From the NCBI GenBank assembly GCA_965205505.1, contig CBDBHB010000008.1, forward strand, positions 768,001 to 832,000: 64,000 nt of DNA. Direction: 5' to 3'. The notes under the pieces were generated by a model. The model was given only the letters and a program-made list of their open reading frames with translations, was not told the origin of the DNA and made no database searches. Source of the DNA: Acidobacteriota bacterium. Lineage in GTDB: Bacteria; Acidobacteriota; UBA890; WLXD01. Positions 41,791 to 49,432 of this stretch are shown in pieces (the first letter of the stretch is position 1; the number at the start of each line of letters is the position of its first letter). Position numbers and translations under genes: made by a program.

Positions 41791-41970
41791 AGATCGACTA
41801 CTCCATGGGCGGTGGCATCATCCCCATCGCCTTGACCGCTGGGAGCTCACCGGCAACGACGATGAGATCCGCCAGCTGAGAGCAGTGATGTCCGCGTGCT
41901 GCCAGATACAAGCGAAGATCTTCTTCGCGGTGCTCCAACCATCCCGGGTGTGCCCCGTTGCGAAACCGCT

Positions 41971-42049
41971 GACCCCCTCGCAAATCGCCCGGCTGCTCTC
42001 ACGTGGTGAGAGCCGATCTATTCCGCTAGGCTGAGCAGCCTTTGCGGAG
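41971..42049. repeat. Repeat R2 + R1 copy 2
   Basis: GACCCCCTCGCAAATCGCCCGGCTG (R2) directly followed by CTCTCACGTGGTGAGAGCCGATCTATTCCGCTAGGCTGAGCAGCCTTTGCGGAG (R1). Confidence 0.95.
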
Positions 42050-42196
42050 ATCCGCCCCTTCCCGTTTGGTACCATCGTTCTAGCCCTCGTAGGGGTTAGA
42101 GCTCGCCGCGGTTTACGTCCCATGGCGCCCGCGGCGGGCTCGTCTATTTATGGGGAACCCGTGACCGGCGATCTGTACACCCGAGATTGAGCGACC

Positions 42197-42562
42197 ATGA
42201 CCCCGACCACCTACCAGATCCTCTACCCCGAGCGCCGTGCAGCCCAGTACATCGAGCAGCTAGTCAGGGCGAAGATGGACGAGACCGGCCTATCCCAGGC
42301 GTCACTGGCGCGCTCCTCTGGGATGGAGAACCCGCACCTCACGATGTACCAGAAAGGAGTCACCCACCCAGGCAAGACCAACCGTGCGCGGCTCGCCCGC
42401 CACTTCGGCGCCGACCTGGAGCTCCTCGAGGAGCTGATCACCGACGACAGGCTCGTGCGCTGGATGGCCAAGCATGGTAAATCGATACAGGAGACGGCGG
42501 CTTCGGTGTCGAGGTTGCGGAGGCTCCGGCGCGTCCCCGCGGGAAAGCGGAAGGTCGGGTAG
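42197..42562 (+). CDS. XRE-family helix-turn-helix regulator
   Basis: GLSQASLARSSGMENPHLTMYQKGVTHP...RLARHFG pattern. Confidence 0.75.
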   Translation: MTPTTYQILYPERRAAQYIEQLVRAKMDETGLSQASLARSSGMENPHLTMYQKGVTHPGKTNRARLARHFGADLELLEELITDDRLVRWMAKHGKSIQETAASVSRLRRLRRVPAGKRKVG

Positions 42563-42566
42563 CGGG

Positions 42567-42790
42567 ATGCTGCCTGAAGGCGTCGACTGGGTCGCGACCG
42601 CGGCGTTCTGGAAGGAGATCGTGGTTGCCGGCGCCGCAGTCGCCGCTGCCTGCATCGCATACCTTGGGCTCGCGGCGTGGAAGAAACAGCTGCATGGCCG
42701 CAGTGGCTACGAGCTAGCCAGGCGGTTGCTGCGCGCTGTCTATTCGGTTCGCGACAGGATCGTCAGAGTACGAACCCCTCTAGAAGGAGA
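42567..42790 (+). pseudogene. Truncated N-terminal-TM hypothetical protein of mobile-element type
   Basis: TM helix followed by GLAAWKKQLHGRSGYELARRLLRAVYSVRDRI. Coding character ends where the next gene's RBS (AAGGAG) begins. Confidence 0.45.
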
Positions 42791-42795
42791 TCCCG

Positions 42796-43197
42796 ATGAA
42801 AGCATTCATCACGTTCAATCGCGGCATCATGCAAATGCCCCCCCACTGGCGACTGTGGCTCGCGCTGTTGATAACCGCCAACCTGATCGTGCCGCTCTTC
42901 TTTATCGGTCGCGGGGAGGCCCAGGTTGTCATCGCGGCGCTTCTGGGAAGCATGATCCTCATGACGATCTTGACCGGGCTCACCGGCTTCACCCGCCTTT
43001 TGGGCCTCGGCCACATCTTTTGGATCCCGCTCCTCTACTTCCTTTGGACGCGGCTCGATCAGATTCCGGCCGACAGTGCGTTCGGCGTCTGGATTCGGGT
43101 TCTGATGACGCTGAACGCAGTGTCCTTGATCATCGACGCCATCGATGTCACTCGCTACATCGCTGGCGACCGAGAGGAGACGGTCGCAGGACTGTGA
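42796..43197 (+). CDS. Small integral membrane protein
   Basis: AAGGAG RBS; four hydrophobic helices; GFTRLLGLGHIFWIPL. Confidence 0.75.
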   Translation: MKAFITFNRGIMQMPPHWRLWLALLITANLIVPLFFIGRGEAQVVIAALLGSMILMTILTGLTGFTRLLGLGHIFWIPLLYFLWTRLDQIPADSAFGVWIRVLMTLNAVSLIIDAIDVTRYIAGDREETVAGL

Positions 43198-43225
43198 CCG
43201 ATCCAGTGGCCTTGATTACCGGCAC

Positions 43226-43606
43226 ATGATGAAGAAGGGATGCCTGATCGTCTTGATCCTCTTCGTGATTGCCCTCGCCGCCTTGGTCCTCTTTGTGAGT
43301 TCGGCGGCAGACCGCGGCGATCGCACCGCTGCCGGAGGCCCAGGCGAGCCTTTCGAAGCGATCACTATCATCCGTGCCAACGAGGCATCTGCCCTCGACA
43401 TTGAGGTCAACGCTTGGGAGGCGCCCTTCGGCGTCGGTCCGCTCGGACGCGGCCGCGTGCGCTTTCAATTGGTGCAGGGGACTCCAGTGCAGGTAACGCG
43501 ACGCGCCTGGCACGAGGAAGAAGAGCGCTACTACTACTTAGTCCAGCATGATGGGAGTTCCGGGTGGATACCGGCGCCGTTCGTGCAACTCCAGCAGACC
43601 CCATGA
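43226..43606 (+). CDS. Membrane-anchored protein with SH3-like C-terminus
   Basis: MMKKGCLIV + TM; GTPVQV...YYLVQHDGSSGWIP resembles bacterial SH3. Confidence 0.6.
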   Translation: MMKKGCLIVLILFVIALAALVLFVSSAADRGDRTAAGGPGEPFEAITIIRANEASALDIEVNAWEAPFGVGPLGRGRVRFQLVQGTPVQVTRRAWHEEEERYYYLVQHDGSSGWIPAPFVQLQQTP

Positions 43607-43968
43607 GAGGCTGCCGCGGCACCTTCGTTCGCCCCCTCGCCTACCCGCTCCGCCAGTTCGGCTCCTACCTCGGCGAGCTCATCGACGATCACCCCGCCTC
43701 CATGCGCACAATCGCCACCGAGCTCGGCATCACGCAGGGCACCATGAGCGGCTACCGCTGCGGTCAGTATCTCCCTCCGGATCGCGCTTCGCTAGATGCT
43801 ATCGCAGAGATCCTGGCGCCGACGAAGACCAAGGCGAAGGTCGTGCGACGAGAGCTGCTGCGGCGCTGGATCCCGGACCTGATGGATGCGCATCTGCGGG
43901 GGGCTGATGTCACGCCGGCGGAGGGGCAGCGGGCTATCGAGGATACGGCGGCGGCGCGGCGAGGGTAG
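43603..43968 (+). CDS. XRE-like helix-turn-helix protein
   Basis: FGSYLGEL...SMRTIATELGITQGTMSGYRCGQYLPP...LDAIAEIL; ATGA overlap with the upstream gene. Confidence 0.7.
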   Translation: MRGCRGTFVRPLAYPLRQFGSYLGELIDDHPASMRTIATELGITQGTMSGYRCGQYLPPDRASLDAIAEILAPTKTKAKVVRRELLRRWIPDLMDAHLRGADVTPAEGQRAIEDTAAARRG

Positions 43969-44149
43969 ATCGGCCAACAGCGCGCCAGCCCCCAGCCCCG
44001 GGCCGCTCCCCTTTACGTCCAATGGGACCAAGGCCAGCGCGCTCTTGGCCGCTCCATCTGAATAGACGTCCGGACCTTGTCGAAGGTTCCGTCACCAACG
44101 GACGACGTGTGATGCAGCTGACAGGCGCGCCGCGGGCTGGAACCTATCT

Positions 44150-44236
44150 GCGCGCCCACTTGTCGGTGCTGACGTCACGCCAGAGGAGGCTCGGCGGGCG
44201 ATTCGCGATACGGCGGTGGCGCGGCGGCGTGGGTAG
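44150..44236 (+). pseudogene. Degenerate copy of the 3' end of the 43603-43968 gene
   Basis: GCTGACGTCACGCCAGAGGAGGCTCGGCGGGCGATTCGCGATACGGCG...GGGTAG encodes ADVTPEEARRAIRDTAVARRRG*, versus ADVTPAEGQRAIEDTAAARRG*. Confidence 0.7.
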
Positions 44237-44537
44237 AGGAACAGGCAACAGCGCGTCGGAGCCCCAGGAACATCGCAGCGACGTCGAAGTCCGCTAGCCA
44301 CTACCTAGAGGTGTGCTGGGGAGTCTAAAATGTCGGGTTACCCCTTGGCGCGGGACGAGAGTAGCCGACACCGTCGCTGCCGGGCAGCCACGGTCGCGTC
44401 GATGCCTGGCCTGAGATCACAGCGGCGAAGCGCGTCCCGCGCTGGGGGGCTTCGCTTGTTCGTGGGGTCTTTGGACGACTCTCACGGGCGACGGGATCCG
44501 CCGGCTGTTAATCAACCATCCAAGGGAGGTGCTTCGG

Positions 44538-45143
44538 ATGAACGCAGACAGCATCAAGAAGGGCATCTACGGCGGCCTGGCCGGAGGCGTGGTGTTCGGA
44601 GCCATGATGGGAATGATGGGGATGCTACCGATGATCGGCAGCATGGTGGGGTCTCCATCGGCTTTCGCAGGCTTTCTCCTCCACATGGTCAACAGTGCCA
44701 TCATCGGAGCCGCGTTTGGCATCGTCTTGGGCTCGATGGTGAGCGGGATGGGAAACGGCTTGGGGTATGGACTCGGCTACGGCGTGATCTGGTGGTTGTT
44801 GGGCCCGCTCACGCTCATGCCCTTGTTCATGGGAATGGGCATGGGTGTCAACTGGAACCTAGAGGCCGCCGGAAACATGATGCCCAGCCTCATGGGTCAT
44901 CTGGTCTACGGCGCAATCCTGGGCGCTGTCTACGCCTGGATGGGCACAGGACAACGTGCCGATGGGAGTTCTGATTCCGCTGACTTCGAGCCCCTGGATA
45001 GCGGGGGTCCGATTCCGTTGGAGAACGAAGATCAAGCAGCGCCGGAGGAGGCCGCCTCGAGGGACGGCGAGGGCACGGAAACTGGCAATGGGGCCGAGCG
45101 ACCGAGCGGGCCTAGAACGGCGACGAATAACATCCTGGACTAG
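44538..45143 (+). CDS. Gly/Met-rich four-TM membrane protein with two conserved-looking His
   Basis: GGAGG RBS; GGLAGGVVFGAMM...LLHMVNS...SLMGHLVYG. Confidence 0.75.
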   Translation: MNADSIKKGIYGGLAGGVVFGAMMGMMGMLPMIGSMVGSPSAFAGFLLHMVNSAIIGAAFGIVLGSMVSGMGNGLGYGLGYGVIWWLLGPLTLMPLFMGMGMGVNWNLEAAGNMMPSLMGHLVYGAILGAVYAWMGTGQRADGSSDSADFEPLDSGGPIPLENEDQAAPEEAASRDGEGTETGNGAERPSGPRTATNNILD

Positions 45144-45256
45144 GTAGCCAGCGAGGCTTCGGCGGCTACGGCGCGTCCCCGCGGGAAAACGGAGGGTGGG
45201 ATGAGACTAGACCGGCTCCATTATCAAAGAGTGGAACCGGCGCCCTAACTGCTACG

Positions 45257-45544
45257 ATGTCGTCAGCCCCCCAGCAGCCCGACGGAGTGCCAGTGCCCCG
45301 CGCCCGTTTGAACCGCGTTCGTGCTGAGCAACGAGCCTTTGATTCGCAGATTGATGATCTGCTCGACAAGCACGCCGGCGAGTTCGTAGTCTTCCACGAC
45401 GAGCAGCCTGTAGCCTTCTATCCGACCCATGCGGAAGCCTACGCTGACGCGCTCAAAGTTTATGGCGCTGAGGGTGTCTTCCTCGTATCTCAGGTGAAGA
45501 AGCGCTCCCCGCGCTTGTCACAGCGGCTGCGCGCCCACACGTAG
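45257..45544 (+). CDS. DUF5678-like small protein
   Basis: EQRAF...LLDKHAGEFVVFHDEQPVAFYPTHAEAY...G...FLVSQV pattern. Confidence 0.55.
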   Translation: MSSAPQQPDGVPVPRARLNRVRAEQRAFDSQIDDLLDKHAGEFVVFHDEQPVAFYPTHAEAYADALKVYGAEGVFLVSQVKKRSPRLSQRLRAHT

Positions 45545-45615
45545 GCGCGCGGCGGACGCGGGTGGCGGTTCGGCAGATCCGCATAATGCTCGATGCTCGA
45601 TCTGATCTGCCTCCC

Positions 45616-45644
45616 GACCCCCCCCCTCGCAAATCGCCCGGCTG
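45616..45644. repeat. Repeat R2 copy (C9 tract), without R1
   Basis: GA-C9-TCGCAAATCGCCCGGCTG, matching 41971-41995. Confidence 0.85.
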
Positions 45645-45751
45645 TGAGCTTTGCTAGTGACATAGGAAATTTGTTCCGCTTTGGCCACGGCTGCACGCAA
45701 GCTCAAACGTGCCGCGAGTCGCGCCCTGCGCGCCAAAGGTAGGGCCCAACA

Positions 45752-46084
45752 ATGTACAACCCCGGCTTCGTCGATGGCCTGCACTACTCAACCTACATCC
45801 TGGAGTATCGCCGTCTGAAGCGAGAGGGCGAGCTTGATCGAGCAGAAAAGCTCCTGATCCGAATCGTCGGCGCAACGGAGGACGAGGCCAGGGCCAACGG
45901 CTGGGATGTATCGCCCACTTACTACGAGCAGCTGGCCATCATCTACCGGGAAAAGAAGCAGCCGTCCGACGAGCTCGCGATACTCGAGCGGTACGAGCAA
46001 CAAACACGAGCCCAACACACTCCTTCCGCGAGACTCGCCAAGCGCCTAGCAGGGCTGCGCGCCAAGATCCGTAAGAGCGAGTGA
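45752..46084 (+). CDS. Hypothetical TPR-like helical protein, paralog 1
   Basis: PGFVDGLHYSTY...YYEQLAIIYREKKQPSDELAILERYE; strongly similar to 47208-47555. Confidence 0.75.
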   Translation: MYNPGFVDGLHYSTYILEYRRLKREGELDRAEKLLIRIVGATEDEARANGWDVSPTYYEQLAIIYREKKQPSDELAILERYEQQTRAQHTPSARLAKRLAGLRAKIRKSE

Positions 46085-46116
46085 CCCCGACCACCAACCG
46101 AGTCCTCTGCCCCGGA
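46081..46116 (+). repeat. Repeat R3 copy 3
   Basis: GTGACCCCGACCACCAACCGAGTCCTCTGCCCCGG overlapping the upstream TGA. Confidence 0.8.
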
Positions 46117-46357
46117 GAGGAGGACAGGTGAGCGAACGCCGTGTGTGACGGTCTGAAGAATTGCCCCGACAGCTTTGTTCGCATGCTGGGCGTGGGCATC
46201 TATTTGCTCGAACGCCAGTGGGCTCGCGAGCCAAGAGCGGGCGGGGCCCGTGCCGCCGTGGAAACAAACCGCACGATACGGTATGTATATAGAATCGCTC
46301 TGTAGCGGTTCTTGGACTTCCAGTTCTGCCGCGAGGCCGCAACTACGGAGGTTCCCC

Positions 46358-47098
46358 ATGAAGTCCTGCCTCCTGCTCGTCATCGTCGCCTTCGCCCTCT
46401 CCGGCTGCGTGCCCGCAACCGACTCATCGGAATCCGAGCCGGACGTCATCGTCGACCCCGCTGGGACCATCGGCATCACGTACCCGAACCTCGACGTAGC
46501 GACGCCCGAGGTTGTGTTCGACAACGAGTACTTGCTCGTCCAGCAGCTGCGTAGCCAGCCCGGAGTCTGGAGCGGCGAGCACGGTCACGCCGGCAACCAG
46601 TTCGGCGTTTCCTTTGGTGCGGCAACGACGCAGCTAATCGTGGGCGATGAGCAGACGACGAACACGGCCGAAGCTGGTGACTTCTTTTGGGTCGACGCCG
46701 TGGAGTCACACAATCACCGGCAAATCAGCGAGGAACCACGCTACCTCTTCGTTGCGACCATCAAGCGATCCCCGAGCTACGCAATAGGTGTCGACCCAGC
46801 CACGGTCACCTTCGAGGGATATCCTAATGATCCGGGCGAGCTCGTACTCGATAACGACATGGCGATCGTCCGGCGCTTCGACATCGAGCCCGAGTACTGG
46901 GCCGGGTCGCACAGTCACGCCGGCAACGAGCTCACGATCATGATCACGGATGCCACCGCGAAAGTCGTTGTCGGCGAAGAAGAGAGCGACGTGAGCTTCG
47001 AGACGCGCGATATCATCTGGACGGACGCTGGCGTCCTGCACGACCACGGCAACACGGGCGACTCGACGACGAGCTTCTACGTGATCAAGCTACGGTAG
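46358..47098 (+). CDS. Bicupin lipoprotein
   Basis: GGAGG RBS, lipobox LSGC, two cupin repeats (HGHAGN...HNH and HSHAGN...HDH). Confidence 0.8.
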   Translation: MKSCLLLVIVAFALSGCVPATDSSESEPDVIVDPAGTIGITYPNLDVATPEVVFDNEYLLVQQLRSQPGVWSGEHGHAGNQFGVSFGAATTQLIVGDEQTTNTAEAGDFFWVDAVESHNHRQISEEPRYLFVATIKRSPSYAIGVDPATVTFEGYPNDPGELVLDNDMAIVRRFDIEPEYWAGSHSHAGNELTIMITDATAKVVVGEEESDVSFETRDIIWTDAGVLHDHGNTGDSTTSFYVIKLR

Positions 47099-47148
47099 CG
47101 TCATCTCCGGTGTTCTCGACGATCGGCGACAGCTCGACCGTAGCCACG

Positions 47149-47228
47149 ATGCCGCCGCGGCACCCGTTCGCCCCTGATATGACCCCCACGACCTACCAAG
47201 TCCTCCAGTGAGAGGCCGCCGAGGCGCG
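47149..47228 (+). repeat. Concatenated R4-R3-R4 gene-start fragments
   Basis: GCCGCGGCACCCGTTCGCCCC (cf. 43612-43635), ATGACCCCCACGACCTACCAAGTCCTC (47179), GTGAGAGGCCGCCGAGGC (47208). Confidence 0.7.
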
Positions 47229-47555
47229 AGCCCACCGGGCTTCGTCGACGGTCGGCACTACTCGGTCTACGTGGTGGAGGTTCGTCGCCTCAAGCGGGTG
47301 GGCGACCTCGATGGTGCGAAGGAGCTTCTCCTGCGCCTAGTGGACGCCACAGAGGCTGAGGCATCCGCCCGAGGCGAAGGCTGGGTTGCTCCGTGGTACT
47401 ACGAGCAGCTTGCGATCATCTACCGGAAGAAGAAGCAGCCAGCCGACGAGCTCGCGATCCTCGAGCGGTACGAACGACAAGCGGGGGCCCTTGGGATGAT
47501 TTCAGAGAGGCTGGCCAAGCGCCTGGCCGGCCTGCGAGCCAAGGCGGACCAATGA
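47208..47555 (+). CDS. Hypothetical TPR-like helical protein, paralog 2
   Basis: PGFVDGRHYSVY...WYYEQLAIIYRKKKQPADELAILERYE. Confidence 0.75.
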   Translation: MRGRRGASPPGFVDGRHYSVYVVEVRRLKRVGDLDGAKELLLRLVDATEAEASARGEGWVAPWYYEQLAIIYRKKKQPADELAILERYERQAGALGMISERLAKRLAGLRAKADQ

Positions 47556-47764
47556 GAGGCCGCCGCAGCACCCTAAAGATGGACCTTATGTCAGGACAGG
47601 TCAGCTATCGCTGCAAGTGCAGGCGTATCGTCCGGGTTCACGCCTCGGACCTAGCGGCCGGCTTGGTCGACTACTGCGGCTGCGGTCGGCTGCGAATCGA
47701 CCTCAGTGAGTCTGAGGTCAACGGTTACCGACAGATGGCCGGTCTCCCGAAGCTCGAGGAGTAG
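47552..47764 (+). CDS. Small Cys-containing (CxC...CxC) hypothetical protein
   Basis: ATGA coupling with the upstream gene; YRCKC...YCGCG; starts with the R4 motif (MRGRR). Confidence 0.5.
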   Translation: MRGRRSTLKMDLMSGQVSYRCKCRRIVRVHASDLAAGLVDYCGCGRLRIDLSESEVNGYRQMAGLPKLEE

Positions 47765-47954
47765 GCTGTGAAGACGCTCGAGATCATCGACGGCGACACC
47801 CTCGTCGTTCGAGACGAGGACGGGGCCGAGCTCGGCCGGGGGGAGGCGGGGGGCTAGGAGTCTCAAGCTGCGAGGTGATCATTGGGATTTTTCAAACACG
47901 TACAGAGCGTAGCGCCCTACGGCCCCAATTTGGAACGCAAGGTAGAGCGGAGGC

Positions 47955-48224
47955 ATGATGCCGTTCACCAAACAGCAATATGAAGCCGCCATCGAGAAAA
48001 TGGAAGTTACCATCGACCGCCTACGCGACGAGGCGCGGGAGGCAGTGAGCAAACTAGCCGACGCCTTGATGGCCCGCGACGTGGATATCGGCCTGCTGGA
48101 AGCATGCACCGAGAAGGCAGCGACGCTGGTGCGGGCGGTGCGGGCAAGCGAGGACACCCACGCCAGGCTCGAACATGCTATCGACCGCGGCCTCGCCGCC
48201 AGACAAGAGAGCGGTCCTAAGTGA
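47955..48224 (+). CDS. Small helical hypothetical protein
   Basis: GGAGG before ATG; 89-aa coiled-coil-like ORF. Confidence 0.55.
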   Translation: MMPFTKQQYEAAIEKMEVTIDRLRDEAREAVSKLADALMARDVDIGLLEACTEKAATLVRAVRASEDTHARLEHAIDRGLAARQESGPK

Positions 48225-48517
48225 CCGATCCGAAGAGCGAGCAACTGTGGACGGCCCAGGACGCAGGGAAATATCCGCGGCCGCCGCCTCCTCCTCTTCC
48301 TCCTCCACCTCCGCCGGCGCCGCCCGATCGGCGATGGCCCGCGACTACTCGAGCACTACCAGGAATAGTGGGACAAGCTACGGGTAGAACTTAGTTCCCC
48401 GACATCAGGTCGAGCGGCGCGTCGCCTCGGCCTCGAGCTTCAGCAGAGCCTCGTCTTCGGTCAACCGCATCCGCACGTCGACCGTGGCTTCCATCCGGCC
48501 GACTTCTCCTTGCGCGT

Positions 48518-48586
48518 CCCCCCTCGCAAACCGGCTGCGCGCTCTCGCGTGGTGAGAGCCGATCTATTCCGCTAGGCTGAGCAGCC
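48518..48586. repeat. Degenerate R2 + R1 copy 3 (3' end of R1 missing)
   Basis: C6-TCGCAAACCGGCTG then GCTCTCGCGTGGTGAGAGCCGATCTATTCCGCTAGGCTGAGCAGCC. Confidence 0.9.
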
Positions 48587-48678
48587 CACTGCCGTGCTTA
48601 GACACTCCCCGGATCGGGCGGTCGCAGCGCAGGGACTCAGCACGTCAGACTCGATCCTCAAAGAAGGGAGACATCAGC

Positions 48679-49182
48679 ATGAAGAGAGCCGCCCTGATCG
48701 CGCTCTTGAGCGCCTTTTCCAGCACCTCGCCGGCTCCAGAGGCAGGAACGCTCGCAGACGGCTTGGTCGGAAGCTGGCGTCTGATATCGGCCGAGGGGCA
48801 CGGCACCGACGGTAGCGTAACTTATCAATATGGGCCGGAGCCGCTCGGGCGCGTAATGTTCGACGATGGCGGCCGCATGTCCATCCACCTCGTGAACCCG
48901 AGCCGACGGCCCTTTGCATCAGCCGACTTCCTGCGCCCCACGCCTGAGGAACGCACGGAAGCCTCCGACGGTTATTTCGGCTACTTCGGCAGCTACACGG
49001 TGGATGAGAGTGCAGAGGTTGTGACGTTTCACGTGGAAGGCGCGGCGTACCCGAACTACATCGGTACAGCTCAGCGGCGGCTCTTCGTACTGGAGGGGGA
49101 CCGGCTGACTCTTCGCACGCCACCGGAACGCGCCGGGGGTGCGGACATCACCTATGTTGTGACTTGGGAACGGGAAGGCTGA
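48679..49182 (+). CDS. Secreted lipocalin-like domain protein (Lipocalin_5)
   Basis: LVGSWRLIS, YFGYFGSYTVD, VTFHVEGAAYPNYIGTAQRR, TWER. Confidence 0.85.
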   Translation: MKRAALIALLSAFSSTSPAPEAGTLADGLVGSWRLISAEGHGTDGSVTYQYGPEPLGRVMFDDGGRMSIHLVNPSRRPFASADFLRPTPEERTEASDGYFGYFGSYTVDESAEVVTFHVEGAAYPNYIGTAQRRLFVLEGDRLTLRTPPERAGGADITYVVTWEREG

Positions 49183-49299
49183 CTCGACAGCGACTGCCGG
49201 CGGTGAGCCGCGGGAGCTTCTTCGCGTGCCGCGGCCCAAGGGAGACGTCGAGTTCGACCGATCACGACCGCTTGACACTCGGGAGCGCAGTCGAAAAGC

Positions 49300-49403
49300 G
49301 GGGACCGCCTGACTCGTTCGCACTCCACCGAAACGCGCCGGCGGTGCGAACATCACCTATGCTGTGACTTGGGAGCGGGAAGGCTGACTCGGCAACGACC
49401 GCC
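49300..49403 (+). repeat. Diverged duplicate of the lipocalin gene 3' end
   Basis: Matches 49096-49198 with about 10 substitutions and a 1-nt insertion. Confidence 0.9.
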
Positions 49404-49432
49404 TGGCAATCTCTTCGGTAGACATTGGGAGG

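Noticed and set aside
45577-45605. dif-like site (ATCCGCATAATG)
   Set aside because: Only the XerC-like half resembles dif; no TTATGTTAAAT XerD arm follows.
36916-48586. CRISPR array or classical integron cassette array
   Set aside because: Repeats are kilobases apart with no regular spacers; there are no cas or intI genes, and R1 lacks RYYYAAC...GTTRRRY ends.
36900-48600. Intact prophage or conjugative element
   Set aside because: No integrase, terminase, capsid, tail, relaxase or T4SS genes were recognised.
49096-49403. Diversity-generating retroelement (VR/TR pair) at the lipocalin 3' end
   Set aside because: Mismatches are not confined to adenines of either copy (G/C, G/T and T/C changes plus an indel), and no reverse transcriptase is in the window.
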